From positions 3,974-27,973 of the forward strand of contig CALDGN010000050.1 of assembly GCA_937942965.1 (NCBI GenBank): a DNA stretch of 24,000 nucleotides, given 5' to 3'. A program made the position numbers and the translations under genes. Positions 22,120 through 24,000 of the stretch are shown in pieces. Every line of letters begins with the position of its first letter. Position 1 is the stretch's first letter. The stretch comes from an uncultured Acidimicrobiales bacterium (GTDB lineage: Bacteria > Actinomycetota > Acidimicrobiia > Acidimicrobiales > UBA10347). The notes under the pieces are model-generated. The model searched no databases, was not told the origin of the DNA, and worked only from the letters and a program-made list of their open reading frames with translations.

Positions 22120-24000
22120 ATGACTGGTACTCCGGCCGACTCGTCGCGCCACCCGGGCCCCAATGCGTGGCTCCTCGAAGAGCTCCGCGATCAATTCGAG
22201 CGCGACCCGGCTCGCCTCGATGATGACTCGCTCACCTTCTTCGCAACCGGCGACGCGCCTGCGAATGGCACGAGTCCCGCCACGACGACGGGCACGAGCA
22301 ATGGCGCCGCCGCGCCCGCAGCGCCAGCTCCAGCTGCTGCAACCCCGCCGCCAGCTCCAGGTCCTGCTCCGGCGGCTCCCGCTGCACCTGCTCCTGCCGC
22401 TGCAGCACCCGCTCCCACCGCCCCTGCAGCTGCAGCAGCTGCTCCGACTCCTGCCGCCGAACCAGCAGCTGAGCCAGAGCCAGAACCGGGCGATGTGCTC
22501 CGTGGCGCCGCGGCCGCGATCGTCAACAACATGGAAGCCAGCCTCGGTGTGCCGACGGCGACCAGCTTCCGTGACGTGCCCGCGAAGATGCTCGAGTCGA
22601 ATCGCCGCATCATCAACGGCCACCTGCGCCGCAACCGCCTCGGCAAGGCCAGCTTCACGCACCTGATCGCCTGGGCCGCAGTTCGAGCCATCGCCGATCA
22701 CGTACCCGCAATGAACTCGACGTTTGCCGAGGGTTCTGACGGCAAGCCACGCATCGTGCGCCACGAGCACATCGGCCTCGGCGTCGCGGTCGACGTCCAC
22801 AAGTCCGACGGCACCCGCACGCTGCTCGTGCCGACGCTGCGCGATGTCGACACGCTCGACTTCCGTGGCTTCGTCGACGCATACGACGCACTGATCGCCC
22901 GCGCTCGCATCAACAAGCTCACGATGGACGACTTCGGCGGAACCACCGTGTCGCTCACGAATCCCGGCGGCATCGGCACCGTCCAGTCCGTGCCGCGCCT
23001 CATGCCGAACCAGGGCGTCATCGTCGGCGTCGGCACGATTGCGCTGCCCGCCGAGTGGCAAGCCGCTGATCCTCGCACGATCGCTGATCTCGGCATCTCC
23101 AAGATCGTCACGATCACGAGCACGTACGACCACCGCATCATCCAGGGCGCTGAATCGGGCGAGTTCCTCAAGGCCATGTCCGAACTCCTCGTCGGTGAGC
23201 ACGGCTTCTACGACGACCTCTTCGAGTCACTCGGCGTGCCGTACACGGCGATCAACTTCAACCCCGACCGCTCCACCACCACGACCGACGAGGCCCTGCT
23301 CAAGCAGATCCAGGTCAACCAGTGCGTGAACATGCACCGTGTCCGCGGCCACCTCATCGCCGATCTCGATCCGCTCAACCTGCGTGAGACCCCAGGCGAC
23401 CTCGACATCGACCCCGAGACCTACGGCCTAACGGTCTGGGACCTCGACCGCGAGTTCCTGCACACCGACTACGCCTCGGCTGGCAAGTCGGCGCCTCGCA
23501 AGATGATCCTGCGGGACATCCTCGGCGAGATGCGCAATGCGTACTGTCGCACCGTCGGCATCGACTACATGCACATCCAGAACGCCGAAGAGAAGCGTTG
23601 GATTCAGCAGAGCGTCGAAGGCGTCAACCGCGAACCCGACCAGGGCGAGAAGCGCCACATCCTCGAACGCCTCAACGCCGCCGAGGCGCTCGAGAGCTTC
23701 CTCGACCGCAAGTACCCCGGCACCAAGCGCTTCGGTATCGAAGGCGGCGAGTCCGCCATTCCGATCCTCGACGCCATCTGTGGCGATGCCGCCGACGCCG
23801 AACTCGGCCAGATCGTGTTGGGCATGGCCCACCGCGGCCGCCTCAACGTGCTGGTCAACATCGTGGGCAAGACCTACGAGAAGATGTTCCGCGAGTTCGA
23901 AGTCGGTGTCGAAGAAGACTCGATCCAGGGCAGCGGCGACGTCAAGTACCACCTGGGCATGGACGACGTGTTCACGTCGCGCCACGGCAACTCGATCCCG
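22120..24000 (+). CDS. kgd: multifunctional 2-oxoglutarate dehydrogenase/decarboxylase E1 with fused succinyltransferase-like domain (Kgd/OdhA type), 3' truncated by the window
   Basis: The frame is open from ATG 22120 to 24000 (627 codons, translated by hand); it is missing from the ORF track because no stop lies in the window. The order is N-terminal helix, Ala/Pro linker, E2 catalytic-type domain (TSTYDHRIIQGAESGEFL), then the start of E1 (RFGIEGGESAIPILD, GMAHRGRLNVLVN, GSGDVKYHLG). Confidence 0.95.
   Translation, partial: MTGTPADSSRHPGPNAWLLEELRDQFERDPARLDDDSLTFFATGDAPANGTSPATTTGTSNGAAAPAAPAPAAATPPPAPGPAPAAPAAPAPAAAAPAPTAPAAAAAAPTPAAEPAAEPEPEPGDVLRGAAAAIVNNMEASLGVPTATSFRDVPAKMLESNRRIINGHLRRNRLGKASFTHLIAWAAVRAIADHVPAMNSTFAEGSDGKPRIVRHEHIGLGVAVDVHKSDGTRTLLVPTLRDVDTLDFRGFVDAYDALIARARINKLTMDDFGGTTVSLTNPGGIGTVQSVPRLMPNQGVIVGVGTIALPAEWQAADPRTIADLGISKIVTITSTYDHRIIQGAESGEFLKAMSELLVGEHGFYDDLFESLGVPYTAINFNPDRSTTTTDEALLKQIQVNQCVNMHRVRGHLIADLDPLNLRETPGDLDIDPETYGLTVWDLDREFLHTDYASAGKSAPRKMILRDILGEMRNAYCRTVGIDYMHIQNAEEKRWIQQSVEGVNREPDQGEKRHILERLNAAEALESFLDRKYPGTKRFGIEGGESAIPILDAICGDAADAELGQIVLGMAHRGRLNVLVNIVGKTYEKMFREFEVGVEEDSIQGSGDVKYHLGMDDVFTSRHGNSIP
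22300..22490 (+). repeat. Ala/Pro-rich low-complexity linker coding region within kgd
   Basis: It translates as AAAPAAPAPAAATPPPAPGPAPAAPAAPAPAAAAPAPTAPAAAAAAPTPAAEPAAEPEPEP, typical of flexible linkers in 2-oxoacid dehydrogenase components. It generates long spurious ORFs in other frames. Confidence 0.8.

Noticed and set aside
1-24000. Many long ORFs in the track lie antisense to, or out of frame with, the called genes. Examples are 1..747+, 2132..2992-, 4581..5570-, 7791..9059+, 9428..10129+, 11344..12327+, 11433..12140-, 13584..14192+, 14709..15491+, 16119..17078-, 18845..19633+, 20320..21117+, 22078..23202- and 23428..23985-.
   Set aside because: They are shadow ORFs expected in ~65% GC DNA. 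Their products are Arg/Pro/His/Ser-rich with no recognisable motifs, and each fully overlaps a gene with clear family signatures on the other strand or frame.
1-24000. Mobile elements, prophage, a toxin-antitoxin or defence island, and tRNA or rRNA genes.
   Set aside because: I saw no integrase, transposase or recombinase motifs, no terminal inverted repeats flanking a gene block, and no compositional break. No spacer is long enough to hold a tRNA-sized structured gene apart from the 137-nt antiporter leader, which lacks cloverleaf features.

Overview
High-GC (~65%) actinobacterial chromosome segment. Lineage markers are a PIG-L/LmbE deacetylase, an MDMPI/DinB-type protein and a Kgd/OdhA-type fused 2-oxoglutarate dehydrogenase; it may be Acidimicrobiia-like, but that is a guess. 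I support about 24 tightly packed CDSs. Plus strand: ATP-type pckA, a stand-alone EAL gene followed by a membrane GGDEF-EAL paralog, Hsp20, a UvrD2-like helicase with HRDC domain, an MDMPI/SCP2 protein and kgd (cut by the window end). Minus strand: a translationally coupled alpha/beta(epoxide)-hydrolase, MFS and Eis-like GNAT operon. A long minus-strand gene chain follows: Zincin_1 peptidase, cNMP-binding protein, bPH/SHOCT membrane protein, alpha/beta hydrolase, family III CoA-transferase, PIG-L deacetylase and a small membrane protein. The minus strand also carries an RAM-domain-only Lrp/AsnC protein, a CPA2 antiporter-USP fusion and xthA. I saw no rRNA, tRNA, CRISPR, transposase, integrase or phage genes, and I cannot honestly name a new multi-gene system. 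The most unusual signal is non-coding. Most longer spacers between 4.4 and 15.7 kb are built from short tandem duplications of 13, 15, 20 or 25 nt. Four of these re-copy the stop codon and last nucleotides of the adjacent gene, and the 13-nt arrays place stops in more than one reading frame (all three at 12276-12339 and 14451-14485). Two spacers, upstream of two small ligand-binding-domain genes, share a ~22-nt motif. Lower-confidence items are short motifs shared between upstream regions, two or three leaderless-type promoters, and a structured leader ahead of the antiporter. Many long ORFs in the supplied track are antisense shadow ORFs typical of high-GC DNA. All calls rest on motif reading by eye; no searches were run.
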